Assembly: GCA_964478595.1 (NCBI GenBank)
Contig: CAYZIN010000005.1
Span: forward strand, 1 to 51,111
From: an uncultured Candidatus Saccharibacteria bacterium
GTDB taxonomy: Bacteria > Patescibacteriota > Saccharimonadia > UBA4664 > CAZJNH01
Length of the DNA stretch: 51,111 bases
Direction: 5' to 3'
The number at the start of each line of letters is the position of its first letter. Positions within the stretch are counted from its first letter, which is position 1. A program made the position numbers and the translations under genes. A model generated the notes under the pieces. It was not told where the DNA came from. It saw only the letters and a program-made list of their open reading frames with translations, and did no database searches. Of the stretch, positions 28,004-37,824 are shown piece by piece.

Positions 28004-30340
28004 CTAACTGAGTAGAGTCAATTGTTTTGCCACTGGCAAGGAAAAACTAAACTTCGACCCTGCCGCCTCACGGCTGGTCACCCAGATTCGCCCGCCATGC
28101 GCCTCGACTAGATTCTTGACAATATAAAGCCCCAGCCCCGTTCCCCCTGCCTGTACGGTCATCGGGTTAAACACTCGCCCAAATTTTTGAAATAGTTTGC
28201 CGATTTGGCTCGGCGTTATCCCAACCCCCTTGTCGGTCACGCTGGTAATTAACTCGTCGCCGTGAATCTTAAAATCAATCGTAACTTCGCTTTTCGGCAG
28301 CGAATACTTAATCGCGTTATCGACCAGGTTGGTTAAAACTTGCCTCAACCGCGACTCGTCGGCTAGCACTAACGGCAAACGGTAGCGCCGGTTAATTTTA
28401 AGGGTAATGTCTCGCTCAAAGGCTTTGCCGGCCAGTTCAGTCACAACGTCTCGGATAATATTTTCCATTGGCAGCGGCCGCAGATCCAAATTAATCTTGC
28501 CCCCCTCAATGTGCGAAATATCTAACAGATCCTCGACCAAGTTAATCATGCGTTGGTTACTCTGATAAACCCGCGACAGAAAGTGAAACTGTCGGTCGGT
28601 GAGCTCCCCGAAATCCTTGTTAAGCAGCATGCTCATAAAGCCCTTAATGGCCGACAACGGAGTGCGCAGCTCGTGAGACACGATCGAAATAAAGTCCGAC
28701 TTAATCTCTTCAATTTCACGATCGCGCTGGATGCTGCGGATAACGGCAATACCCGAAGTTACATTACCTTCCTGATCGCGCATCGGCGAATAGCTGACGT
28801 TGGCCCAAAACCGGTCTCCCCTCTTGGTCTCAATCAACTGCTCACTTTTTGAGACCGTCCGGCCCTGACTTAAGACTTCCTTCATCGGCGACCGCAGCGC
28901 CAAATCAACCCCTTCCGGACTAACCGCCCGGATAATTTTAGTAAAGGGCTGCCCAATTGCCTCCGACACGGAATAGCCTGTCATTTCGGCGCAGGTAGCG
29001 TTAAAGCCAACTACGTTGCCGTCGTGGTCATAGATAACCACGCCGTCGTCGGTAAACCGGAAAACGGCCTCCCAGCGTTCACGCCGAGCATTGGTTTCTT
29101 GGTACAACCTTGCGTTTTCCAACAAAAAGGCTTTACGGGTGGCGGCGATCCTAAACAGTGAAGCATCACTTTGGGTATAGGGCTTATCGGTGCGGCTAAC
29201 TAAAATACAGCCCAAGCTTTTAGAATGAGAAGAAATCGGCGCGCACATGGTGTGGTGAGCAAACACTCCATCACCGCCTTTTTCTTCACGGTTTTGGACT
29301 TGCAGTTTGCGAGACAAAAAAGCGCTCCCGACGATTCGATTTTTGTCGACCGGCACCTCTTCGGGGTGTTCGTTAAAGCTGGTAGAGGTAGCCACCCGCT
29401 CCATTTTTAATTTTTCCGGTGAGTAGACGTAGATGCTGACGTAGGGCGATTCTGTGAGTGACACTAAATGGCTGGTGAATTTCTGATACAACTTCTCGAC
29501 GTTTAAACTGTAAATCGAGGCAATGTCGGCCAGATCGCGCAACTTCCGATTTGTCTTTTGGGCTTCCATTGCCAAGGCGTTGGCCTCAATGGTTTTTTCA
29601 ACCAAGTCGGTAATGTCCCTCCCGGTGGCAATTAAGCCCAGGCTTCGGCCGGCAATTAAAAGCGGCCCGGCCGAAAACTGTAAGTGTCGGTTGCGCTTTG
29701 GGTCGAAGCAATAAATTAAGACTTTCTTACCGACCAGACACTGATTAAAAATTTCCTTAGGATCATTATCAAACTCGAGCGGCTGCAGCTCTTCTAATAC
29801 GTCGGCCATTTTACGCCCAAGGATTGGTTCACTAACGCCAAATAGTTCTAGCCACTCCCGGTTGTGATTTAAAACCGTATCGGTTTCGTCGATTACTACA
29901 AAACCGTCGTTCAAGTTTGAGATTAGGGCGGTTAGGCGATCAAAGACCCAAGCCCGGGAGGACACGTCGCGCAGGGTAATCACCCAGCCGATGGTTTGCT
30001 GGCCATCTTGCTCTGGGCGTATTGTAATCCCCATGACCCGTTCCCCGAGGTGAATGTAGCTACCGTCGCTGGACTCACTTTCCAGCTTGGCCACCAGCTC
30101 AGTCGATTTTTTGCCAGACAACCGTGCCAGTGTCGACATGAAGTTACCATTGCCAAAATCCTCACCGGCTAGCTCCAAGGCCCTTGAGCTGATGTAAACC
30201 GTATTAAATTTAGGGTCGGTAAGAACAATTCCCTGGACCAACAAATCGGCGGCGGCAGCTAACTTAGCGGCGGCCTCTTCTAGCCGAGCGTTGGCCTTGG
30301 ACTTAGATTTGAGTTCGGGTTTTAGGTCTTTGGTTGGCAA
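28004..30340 (-). CDS. cytoplasmic multi-PAS/GAF sensor histidine kinase
   Basis: 778 aa, TTG start, no TM segment. H-box FISIVSHELRTPLSAI; boxes LVDNAIKYS, DKGVGI and GGTGLGLYI. Several PAS/GAF-like repeats lie upstream. Confidence 0.9.
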   Translation of the reverse strand: MPTKDLKPELKSKSKANARLEEAAAKLAAAADLLVQGIVLTDPKFNTVYISSRALELAGEDFGNGNFMSTLARLSGKKSTELVAKLESESSDGSYIHLGERVMGITIRPEQDGQQTIGWVITLRDVSSRAWVFDRLTALISNLNDGFVVIDETDTVLNHNREWLELFGVSEPILGRKMADVLEELQPLEFDNDPKEIFNQCLVGKKVLIYCFDPKRNRHLQFSAGPLLIAGRSLGLIATGRDITDLVEKTIEANALAMEAQKTNRKLRDLADIASIYSLNVEKLYQKFTSHLVSLTESPYVSIYVYSPEKLKMERVATSTSFNEHPEEVPVDKNRIVGSAFLSRKLQVQNREEKGGDGVFAHHTMCAPISSHSKSLGCILVSRTDKPYTQSDASLFRIAATRKAFLLENARLYQETNARRERWEAVFRFTDDGVVIYDHDGNVVGFNATCAEMTGYSVSEAIGQPFTKIIRAVSPEGVDLALRSPMKEVLSQGRTVSKSEQLIETKRGDRFWANVSYSPMRDQEGNVTSGIAVIRSIQRDREIEEIKSDFISIVSHELRTPLSAIKGFMSMLLNKDFGELTDRQFHFLSRVYQSNQRMINLVEDLLDISHIEGGKINLDLRPLPMENIIRDVVTELAGKAFERDITLKINRRYRLPLVLADESRLRQVLTNLVDNAIKYSLPKSEVTIDFKIHGDELITSVTDKGVGITPSQIGKLFQKFGRVFNPMTVQAGGTGLGLYIVKNLVEAHGGRIWVTSREAAGSKFSFSLPVAKQLTLLS

Positions 30341-30392
30341 GGCACCCTCATCTTAGGTTTAACTTAGCACGGCAACAAATCGTCACTCAAGC

Positions 30393-30875
30393 TTAAGGGA
30401 AACGGTAAACAAAAAAATTACGACCCTCACTCTGGGCATGACGAGTTGGCAGCTTGTAAATATAACTTACAACGCGGGTCGGCCGCTTGAGCTGTTTCGC
30501 CAAAAATTGCTCCAGTTTACCCATGTAATGTTCGATTAAAAAGACAAAAATGGCGTCCGCTTCAGGAAGCTGCACCCGCCAAAAATTACCAAATCGGATT
30601 GTAATCTTCGGCTGAGACCAGCAGTTTATTTTGGCCGCGATAAACAGCCAAGGGTTAATTTCGTAACCGACACCTTTAATGCCCCGCTTAGCAGCAGCCT
30701 TAAGGAGCCGACCATCCCCGCAACCAAGATCGATCAATGTTTGTCCCGGCTTAAGCTCAAGCGCCTCCAGAATCGGATCAACTTCTTTTTTGAGAATTGG
30801 AACGTAAGGAGCGCCGAACATAACAGCCGCTGCAAAACCCGCCAAAATCAGCAGAAAGATCCAGGCAAAGATCAA
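30393..30875 (-). CDS. small class I SAM-dependent methyltransferase with an N-terminal TM helix
   Basis: 160 aa. SAM motif I is LIDLGCGDGRL. The N-terminus is hydrophobic. Confidence 0.7.
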   Translation of the reverse strand: MIFAWIFLLILAGFAAAVMFGAPYVPILKKEVDPILEALELKPGQTLIDLGCGDGRLLKAAAKRGIKGVGYEINPWLFIAAKINCWSQPKITIRFGNFWRVQLPEADAIFVFLIEHYMGKLEQFLAKQLKRPTRVVSYIYKLPTRHAQSEGRNFFVYRFP

Positions 30876-31093
30876 AGCTCAGCTTGTTCGGCCGGGGCCG
30901 CGTCGTATTTGCGTTTGATCTCCTCGACTCGATTCTCCACTTCATCAAGCCGGGTTTTTAGTTCTTGCCAAAGCTTCATCCCCTTCTCGAATTGCCCCAG
31001 GCCCTTATCCAAATCGACCTCACCGCTTTCCAACTCGGCGGCGATTTTTTCCAGCTCAGCTAATTTTTCTGAAAAATTATTCTTTTCGCTCAT
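30872..31093 (-). CDS. xseB: exodeoxyribonuclease VII small subunit
   Basis: 73 aa. FSEKLAELEKIAAELESGEVDLD is typical of XseB. It overlaps xseA by 17 nt. Confidence 0.88.
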   Translation of the reverse strand: MSEKNNFSEKLAELEKIAAELESGEVDLDKGLGQFEKGMKLWQELKTRLDEVENRVEEIKRKYDAAPAEQAEL

Positions 31094-32255
31094 CGACTTT
31101 CGCTCCTAGTTTTCCTGCGTGCAATTGTATCACTAGCGCATCCCCAGGTTTCACTTTACCCGGATCCTTTAAAATCAGACCGCCGGTTGAAGTTATTGAG
31201 TAACCCCGCTCCAATAACTTTTTCGGGTTTGCCGCCTCTAGCAGTCGGGAAAGCCCAGCCAGTTGAGCCTTTTGCCGGCCTACTTCTCCACTCATACGCG
31301 TAATCGCTTGGCGCAACTTCATCTCGCTCAATCTTAACCGTTCTAGCGGCCGGCGCAGGACCACCTCTAACGCCCTAGCTAACTGCTCAAGCCTTTGATT
31401 TTGCAAGTTCAGTTGACGCGACATATGATGATTAATTTTTTGCTTGGCGTGGTTAAGTTCAAGCATAACCTCAGACCGCAGCGGAGCGATTATCCGAGCC
31501 GCTTGAGTTGGGGTTGAAGCCCTGACGTCTGCCACCAAGTCTGCCAGGCTAATGTCCGGCTCGTGCCCCACTCCAACCACCATCGGCGTTCGGCTAGACG
31601 ACACCTCTCTGGCTACTGGTTCACTGTTAAAAGTGAGTAGATCTTCCAGGCTGCCGCCGCCTCTAATTAGTGCAATCACTTCAAGCGGTTCGGGTAATTG
31701 ATTGAGGGTCCTAATAGCCTCAACGATTTGCTCAACCGATCCGGTCCCTTGCACCATCACCGGAACGAACACGATGTGCACCCCGCCCCAGCGAGCATTC
31801 AGCTCCTTCATAAAATCGTGGAACACAACACCTTGCTTGGAAGTAATTACCCCAACTCGCTGCGGAAACCTAGGCAACGGCCGTTTACGCGACACGTCAA
31901 ACAAGCCCTCGCTCTCTAGTTTGGCCTTTAGAAGTTCATAGGCTCGCATCAACTCCCCTTCCCCGGCTAGCTCCACCGAATCGACGTGGAAACTAAAACC
32001 ATACTGCGGGTGCAGTTTGGGCGTACCGGTAGCGCGAATTTTCATCCCGTCTTCTAGCGGCTGCTGGAGTCGGTTTTTGAAAATTACACTCCGCAGCGCT
32101 GCCTCACCTTCTTTCAGCGAAAACTGGAAGGTCGCCGGGGTGGCGCGAAAACCAGAAATCTCACCTTCCACGGTTACGCCTTGATAACCAAACTGTAAAT
32201 GCAAATCAACCGCTTCGATAAACTCCTTAACTCCTAGCGGCTGCTGCGGATTCAC
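31077..32255 (-). CDS. xseA: exodeoxyribonuclease VII large subunit
   Basis: 392 aa. N-terminal OB fold (VTVEGEISGF), core GVITS...RGGGSLEDL, and a coiled-coil C-terminus. Confidence 0.92.
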   Translation of the reverse strand: MNPQQPLGVKEFIEAVDLHLQFGYQGVTVEGEISGFRATPATFQFSLKEGEAALRSVIFKNRLQQPLEDGMKIRATGTPKLHPQYGFSFHVDSVELAGEGELMRAYELLKAKLESEGLFDVSRKRPLPRFPQRVGVITSKQGVVFHDFMKELNARWGGVHIVFVPVMVQGTGSVEQIVEAIRTLNQLPEPLEVIALIRGGGSLEDLLTFNSEPVAREVSSSRTPMVVGVGHEPDISLADLVADVRASTPTQAARIIAPLRSEVMLELNHAKQKINHHMSRQLNLQNQRLEQLARALEVVLRRPLERLRLSEMKLRQAITRMSGEVGRQKAQLAGLSRLLEAANPKKLLERGYSITSTGGLILKDPGKVKPGDALVIQLHAGKLGAKVDERKE

Positions 32256-33262
32256 GTCGCAACCCTGTTGCGCCTAACGCGTTGGCGATAAAAGTAAAAT
32301 CCGGCCGGCAAAAAAGTGGCCATATTAACCACCCGATAAACCAGTACGATCGAAAAACTCAAGCTAAAAGATTGACCAAGCGCCACAAGAGTCGCAATCA
32401 TCGCCGCCTCGTAAGCCCCAGCGCCGTTAGTGGCTACCCCAGTTAGACTAAAGATGTTCGCAACTGTGTAGGCAGCAATCACGACTCCGGGGTTGATAGG
32501 GTGCCCAAAAGCCATAAACACTACATAAACCGTAGCTACTTCGGTTATATTGCCCAGGAGTGCGTAAAGCGCCGGCTGATGCCACAAACCCCGCTGCTGG
32601 AACAACAACTCTTTGCCTTGATAAAAATCATCCAAAAAATGCTTCAGCTGAGCGGTGCCGACCAATGCACGATGCCGAATTCGATGCCAGAACCGGTTAA
32701 TCAAACCAATGACTCTGTCGGTAATCGACTCTACCATCGACCGCTGATTAATAATGGCTGCAATAAATATCCCCACCCCGAGCAAGATGATAATAAATAG
32801 CAAAATCAGCCGCACAGTGACCCTATAAACGTTGCCGCCGTAAAACAGCAACAAAAAGCCAACTCCGAGCACAATCAGAAACGACAAATACCCAAACACC
32901 TGCCAGCCCAACTGGGCCAGAGTTGATTTACCCCCCGGCACTTCATCGGAAAGATCGTTGGCAAAGTAAGAAATGCCGGAAATACCGCCGGATGGGAAAG
33001 CCTGATTAACGAAATTGATGGCCATAGCCGCTTTATACAGCCGCTTTACCTCAACTTTGTAGCCCATGATTTTAAGAAAGCTTTGGTAGAATTTGGCGTT
33101 GAAATAATACCCCACGAGCTGGACCGGGATTAGAAGGACCAGAATGAATAAATTAACGTGACCGAAAATCTGCGGCAGCTGGGATAGTCGGCCAAGGTTG
33201 GCGGCGATAATGACAACAAAGGCCAATAGACCGACGCTAACAAGCACACGGCGAACATTCAT
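32252..33262 (-). CDS. flippase-like / lysylphosphatidylglycerol-synthase-TM-region family membrane protein
   Basis: 336 aa with about 8 TM helices. The pattern resembles the UPF0104/LPG_synthase_TM family. The assignment is from memory only. Confidence 0.55.
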   Translation of the reverse strand: MNVRRVLVSVGLLAFVVIIAANLGRLSQLPQIFGHVNLFILVLLIPVQLVGYYFNAKFYQSFLKIMGYKVEVKRLYKAAMAINFVNQAFPSGGISGISYFANDLSDEVPGGKSTLAQLGWQVFGYLSFLIVLGVGFLLLFYGGNVYRVTVRLILLFIIILLGVGIFIAAIINQRSMVESITDRVIGLINRFWHRIRHRALVGTAQLKHFLDDFYQGKELLFQQRGLWHQPALYALLGNITEVATVYVVFMAFGHPINPGVVIAAYTVANIFSLTGVATNGAGAYEAAMIATLVALGQSFSLSFSIVLVYRVVNMATFLPAGFYFYRQRVRRNRVAT

Positions 33263-33291
33263 AAGAGCGATTATACTGATAAACTGTCGTT

Positions 33292-34401
33292 ATGTATCTA
33301 GCTGTCTTGGGGCGAGAAAGAGACCTGTCTCTAGCCGAACTAGAAAGCCTAGTAGGCAGTGCCACACCGTTTGGTGAGTGCGCATTAGTCGAGCAAGGGT
33401 TCGAGCTGGCCCGAGCTGGTGGTGTGGTTAAACTAGCCAAGGTTATCGACACTCAACCTTGGAGCGGCTGGGATCATCTCAAGGTCGACCGAACCCTGCT
33501 GCCAACCAGATCGACCAAAACAATCGTTGGCGTCAGCTTCTACGGCCCTTCAAATCTGCAGAACGGCACCAAGGGCTGGGCCTTTAACCTTAAAAAAGAG
33601 CTAAAATCCAAGAGCAGCATTCGGATCATCGTGGACAATGCCCCCCTCACCGCTGCCCAACTAAAGTTCAACGAAATACCGGCCAAAGGTTTCGAGCTAA
33701 TTATTGCGGTCAAAGCTGACCAAGCGGTGCTGGCCCTAACCGAAGCTTTTCAAGATATCGATTGGTATTCTAAACGGGATTACGACCGGCCCAAACGCAG
33801 CGCCAAGGTTGGAATGCTGCCGCCCAAGCTAGCCCAAATAATGATCAATCTAAGTAAGGGCGAAAAAATTTACGATCCGTTTTGTGGAACGGGGGTAGTT
33901 TTGCAAGAAGCTTTGCTTATGGGTAAATCCGCCGCCGGGTCTGACCTGGAACCGAAGATGATCGAATTTAGTACCGCCAATTTAAAATGGCTGGCTGATC
34001 AGATCGACCAAAACTTGCCGACGTTTACTTTGGATGTTGCCGATGCGACCACCGTTAAGATTCCACCCGGCTACTCAATCGTTTCAGAAGGCTACCTCGG
34101 TCCTCCGCTGGTTAAACCGCCTGATTCCAATGAACTAGCCCAGCTTAAGGCCGAGGCTAACGCTTTGTTTCAGCGAGCACTCAAAAACTGGTCCGGGCAA
34201 CTTAGGACTGGTGCCAGAGTAGTCTTGGCGGTCCCCTGCTGGAAGACGCACGGACAGTTCGAAACGCTCTCGCTGATTGACCAGATTAACGAAATTGGCT
34301 ATAATCTAGTGCGATTTAAACATGCCGACAGTCGTAAATTAATTTACGCGCGACCCGACCAAATCGTCGGACGCCAACTGTTGGTCCTGGAATCAAAGTA
34401 A
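33292..34401 (+). CDS. SAM-dependent methyltransferase (Trm11/UPF0020-like)
   Basis: 369 aa. SAM motif I is IYDPFCGTGVVLQEA, followed by a Rossmann-type pattern. The substrate is unknown. Confidence 0.6.
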   Translation: MYLAVLGRERDLSLAELESLVGSATPFGECALVEQGFELARAGGVVKLAKVIDTQPWSGWDHLKVDRTLLPTRSTKTIVGVSFYGPSNLQNGTKGWAFNLKKELKSKSSIRIIVDNAPLTAAQLKFNEIPAKGFELIIAVKADQAVLALTEAFQDIDWYSKRDYDRPKRSAKVGMLPPKLAQIMINLSKGEKIYDPFCGTGVVLQEALLMGKSAAGSDLEPKMIEFSTANLKWLADQIDQNLPTFTLDVADATTVKIPPGYSIVSEGYLGPPLVKPPDSNELAQLKAEANALFQRALKNWSGQLRTGARVVLAVPCWKTHGQFETLSLIDQINEIGYNLVRFKHADSRKLIYARPDQIVGRQLLVLESK

Positions 34402-34442
34402 ATTAAAATCCTAGATTTTGGATGGATTTCAAGGCAGCGCGA

Positions 34443-34483
34443 GAAGCACAGCGAAGCGTACAATAATTTGTACGGTGAGCGAG
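34443..34483. repeat. short intergenic hairpin element (copy A)
   Basis: GAAGCACAGC, a 7-bp hairpin CGTACAA/TTGTACG, then GAGCGAG. It shares both flank words with the element at 37736-37790. Confidence 0.3.
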
Positions 34484-34537
34484 CATCGCAAGCGCTAACG
34501 ATGAAAGCCGCTGAAATCTAGGGTTTTAGGAGAAGAA

Positions 34538-34816
34538 ATGGCACACGTAAAGGCTGGGGGTACATCTAGACTAGGGAGAGACTCGGAGTCAAAACGGCTC
34601 GGAGTAAAACTGTTTGGTGGCCAAAGCGTTAAGGCTGGCCAGATTATTGTGCGCCAACGCGGGACCAAGATGCTAGCAGGGGAAGGCACTGCTCTCGGTA
34701 AAGACCACACTATTCATGCCTCTATTGCCGGTAAAGTTGATTTTCAGACCAAGCGCAAAACCAGTTTCTCAAGCTCTCACACTCGCCACACACTCGTATC
34801 GGTTAAGCCCGACTAA
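34538..34816 (+). CDS. rpmA: 50S ribosomal protein L27
   Basis: N-terminus [24 protein letters not shown] and QRGTK. AGGAG lies upstream. Confidence 0.95.
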   Translation: MAHVKAGGTSRLGRDSESKRLGVKLFGGQSVKAGQIIVRQRGTKMLAGEGTALGKDHTIHASIAGKVDFQTKRKTSFSSSHTRHTLVSVKPD

Positions 34817-36479
34817 GCCTCATTTTCAGTTTTTCAACTAGCTTTCGATCTTCCCAGTAATGTCGGATGGCGGCTTGAATAAAGCCATCGAACAAAGGGT
34901 GCGGCGTATGCGGCCGCGATTTAAACTCTGGATGAAATTGACTGGCCACAAAAAACGGATGGTCCTTAAGCTCGATTAACTCAACCAATCTATTGTTTGG
35001 ACTCACACCGGCCATCACTAGGCCGGCTTTTTCTAATTTCGGCCGGTAGGCGTTGTTTAACTCATAGCGGTGGCGGTGTCTTTCTTGAATCTGACTTTTG
35101 GCGTAGAGCTTGCGGCTGAGCGTGCCGGTCTTTAGTTTGCAGGGATAATTACCAAGCCTCATGGTGCCGCCTTTGTCGGCCACCCCTTTTTGGTCAGCCA
35201 TAATATCGATGATCGGATGTTTGGTTTTAGGATCAACCTCGGTTGTGTTAACCTGATCGGTCCCCAGCGCCCGCCGGCCCAGCGCCACCACAGCCGTTTG
35301 CATGCCTAAGCACAAACCCAGATAAGGCAGCTGGTTATCGATAGCGTAGCTGGCAGCCTTAATCTTTCCTTCAATTCCCCGCGAGCCGAACCCTCCGGGT
35401 ACGATAATCCCATCTAACCCGGAGAGCATCGTCAAGTCGTCCTCGTCTTCTAGCTTCTCGGCCTCGATCCACTTTAGCTCTACACTAACCTCACTAGCCC
35501 ACCCCGCCGCCTTAGCTGCCTCAAAAACACTCATGTAGGTGTCTACATTACTCATGTATTTGGCAACGACGCCAACTCGGATTGTCGGGTGGGGTGCCTT
35601 AATCGTTTTAACCAGTTTCTCCCAACCATTATGCTGAGGCTTTTTGTGGGGCAAACCCAGGTGTTTACAAACGTAGGACCCAAACCCCTCGGCCTCGAGC
35701 AAAAAGGGGATCTCATAAACCGACTCAACGTTTGGCAAAGCAATAATCCCCTCTTGGTCGACGTCGCAAAACAGCGACAATTTTCTGATAGTGCCTTCGT
35801 CAACCGGCCGCTCGGCACGAGCAAAAATAATCTCCGGTTGAATACCGGCTTCCCGCAAGTCGCGCACCGTATTTTGGGCTGGCTTGGTCTTTAGTTCTTT
35901 GCTGGTTGAGATATAGGGCAAATAAACCAAATGGGCATACAGGGTGTTTTCCGAGCCGACTCGCCTTTTAAATTGACGAATCGCCTCCAAAAATCCCAAA
36001 CTCTCGTAGTCACCCACGGTACCGCCAATTTCAACGATATGAATATCAAAACCCGTTCCGGAGGCTTCGATTTGCCGCTGGATTTCACCGGTTACGTGCG
36101 GAATAATCTGAACGGTTTTACCCAAATACTTGCCTTCCCGCTCAGCCGCAATGATGTTGGCGTAAATCCGGCCAGACATTAGCGAGCTTTTGCGCTCTAA
36201 TTCTTGGTCTAAAAAGCGCTCGTAATGGCCAAGATCCAAGTCGGTTTCGGCCCCGTCTTTAGTCACAAAAACTTCGCCGTGCTCCCCGGGGTTCAGGGTG
36301 CCGGCGTCGGTATTAAGATATGGATCGCATTTTTGGATGTTGACGGAAAATCCGCGGGCTTTCAGGAGGTGACCGATAGCTGCGGAGGTGATGCCCTTAC
36401 CGAGTCCCGAAAGCACTCCGCCGGTTACAAAGATATACTTTGTTTGCTTACTCGCCACAATCCCCCAAAGCATTACCAA
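34803..36479 (-). CDS. pyrG: CTP synthase
   Basis: Motifs [24 protein letters not shown] and HRHRYE. The start is TTG 36479 or ATG 36473. No obvious SD sequence. Confidence 0.95.
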   Translation of the reverse strand: MVMLWGIVASKQTKYIFVTGGVLSGLGKGITSAAIGHLLKARGFSVNIQKCDPYLNTDAGTLNPGEHGEVFVTKDGAETDLDLGHYERFLDQELERKSSLMSGRIYANIIAAEREGKYLGKTVQIIPHVTGEIQRQIEASGTGFDIHIVEIGGTVGDYESLGFLEAIRQFKRRVGSENTLYAHLVYLPYISTSKELKTKPAQNTVRDLREAGIQPEIIFARAERPVDEGTIRKLSLFCDVDQEGIIALPNVESVYEIPFLLEAEGFGSYVCKHLGLPHKKPQHNGWEKLVKTIKAPHPTIRVGVVAKYMSNVDTYMSVFEAAKAAGWASEVSVELKWIEAEKLEDEDDLTMLSGLDGIIVPGGFGSRGIEGKIKAASYAIDNQLPYLGLCLGMQTAVVALGRRALGTDQVNTTEVDPKTKHPIIDIMADQKGVADKGGTMRLGNYPCKLKTGTLSRKLYAKSQIQERHRHRYELNNAYRPKLEKAGLVMAGVSPNNRLVELIELKDHPFFVASQFHPEFKSRPHTPHPLFDGFIQAAIRHYWEDRKLVEKLKMRLSRA

Positions 36480-36503
36480 TTTTCTACATCATACTAGAGG
36501 CTG

Positions 36504-36520
36504 GAGTCTAGAGTCTAGAC
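36504..36520. promoter_or_regulatory. perfect 17-bp palindrome AGTCTAGA-G-TCTAGACT upstream of pyrG (candidate operator)
   Basis: Perfect dyad with a 1-nt centre, so it cannot form a hairpin loop. It overlaps the -35 position of a possible TAGACT-N18-TATGAT promoter on the minus strand. Confidence 0.35.
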
Positions 36521-36531
36521 TTTCATACGCC

Positions 36532-37680
36532 CTATTTGAGCAGCGCGAGGGCTTGATCAAGCTGCGGATCGCTTAAACTGTCATTGTTATCCGGCTGCTT
36601 AATTTCAACGTCAGGTTTTATGCCTTGGTGGTCAATCCCGTGACCTTTAGGCGTAAACCAGTGGGCTACGGTTACCTTCAGTTCGGTCCCGTTATCCAGC
36701 TTCTCGATCGTTTGCACGCTGCCTTTACCAAAACTTTGCTCACCCGCCACCTTAGCAACGCCCTGATCACTCAAAGCACCCGTGACGATCTCGCTGGCTG
36801 ATGCGCTTCCCCCGTTAATCAAGACAACTAGGGGCAAGCCAATCAACTGCCCGCCAGCCATTGACTGCAATTTTTGCTGGGTTTTTCCACCGTGCCGCTC
36901 CTCCACCACAACTTTGCCGGCCGGCAGAAACTGACTGGCTACTTGTACCGCGCTATCGAGATAACCACCGGGGTCGTTGCGCAAATCGAGCAAAACTTTG
37001 GTTGCTCCCTGACTTTTTAAATCTTTTGCTGCATCTTGCAGCTTGCTCCCGGTATCGGTCGCGAAACGGGTAACTTTTATGTACCCAACCCCTCCGTCCT
37101 TCATACTCCACTTGACGCTTGGTTCGGTAATAACGGCGCGTTTAATCGTTACGTCAATAATTTTGGAGCCCCGGGCAAGTTCCAGAGCAATCTCTGTGCC
37201 CGCGGGTCCTCGAATTTTATCGACGGCCGAAGCCACGCTCATTCCCTGGGTATCGATTTTGCCGATTTTAACGATAATATCACCGGCTCGGAGTCCGGCT
37301 GCGGCGGCAGGCGAACCATCAAGCGGCGCGACAATCACTATGTTGCCATCCTTTTGGCCAATCTCGGCGCCTATCCCGCTTAAGGTGCCGGACAGGTCGT
37401 CGTTTAGCTGCTTGGCCTCGTTGGCGGTCAAATAAACCGTGTAGGGATCCCCGGCCGCCGAAACCAATCCCGCCTTTGCCCCGTCGACCAACTTTGATTC
37501 ATCGATTTGACCATCAAACTGGTTTTTGAGCTTGGTTTCCAAATCGGCTAGAGCGCCGTAGGTTAACGTAGCTTGGCTGCCTTGGACCTTGGCGTAAATC
37601 CAGCCCATGCCAAACCCGTAAGCGATTAGCAAAAAGCCGATGATAAATCCGAAAATGCCGCGTTTGGATTTTGAAGCCAT
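36532..37680 (-). CDS. carboxy-terminal processing protease (S41, PDZ-containing)
   Basis: The likely start is MASKSKRG at 37680. It has a TM anchor, a PDZ domain (GLRAGDIIVKI), and the S41 motifs NGGSASASEI and FGKGSVQ. Confidence 0.88.
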   Translation of the reverse strand: MASKSKRGIFGFIIGFLLIAYGFGMGWIYAKVQGSQATLTYGALADLETKLKNQFDGQIDESKLVDGAKAGLVSAAGDPYTVYLTANEAKQLNDDLSGTLSGIGAEIGQKDGNIVIVAPLDGSPAAAAGLRAGDIIVKIGKIDTQGMSVASAVDKIRGPAGTEIALELARGSKIIDVTIKRAVITEPSVKWSMKDGGVGYIKVTRFATDTGSKLQDAAKDLKSQGATKVLLDLRNDPGGYLDSAVQVASQFLPAGKVVVEERHGGKTQQKLQSMAGGQLIGLPLVVLINGGSASASEIVTGALSDQGVAKVAGEQSFGKGSVQTIEKLDNGTELKVTVAHWFTPKGHGIDHQGIKPDVEIKQPDNNDSLSDPQLDQALALLK

Positions 37681-37735
37681 ATTTCCTAAGTCTAACCGAA
37701 ACATAAAGACTTTCAAATTTAGATACATCGAGGAT

Positions 37736-37790
37736 GAGCGAGAACCGTAAACGAGCCGTATTGATCATACGGCAAGTGCGGAAGCACAGC
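37736..37790. repeat. short intergenic hairpin element (copy B)
   Basis: GAGCGAG, a 7-bp hairpin GCCGTAT/ATACGGC, then GAAGCACAGC. Confidence 0.3.
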
Positions 37791-37824
37791 TCAGACGAAG
37801 ATGTGGGCTAAAGTTGAAGTCCGG

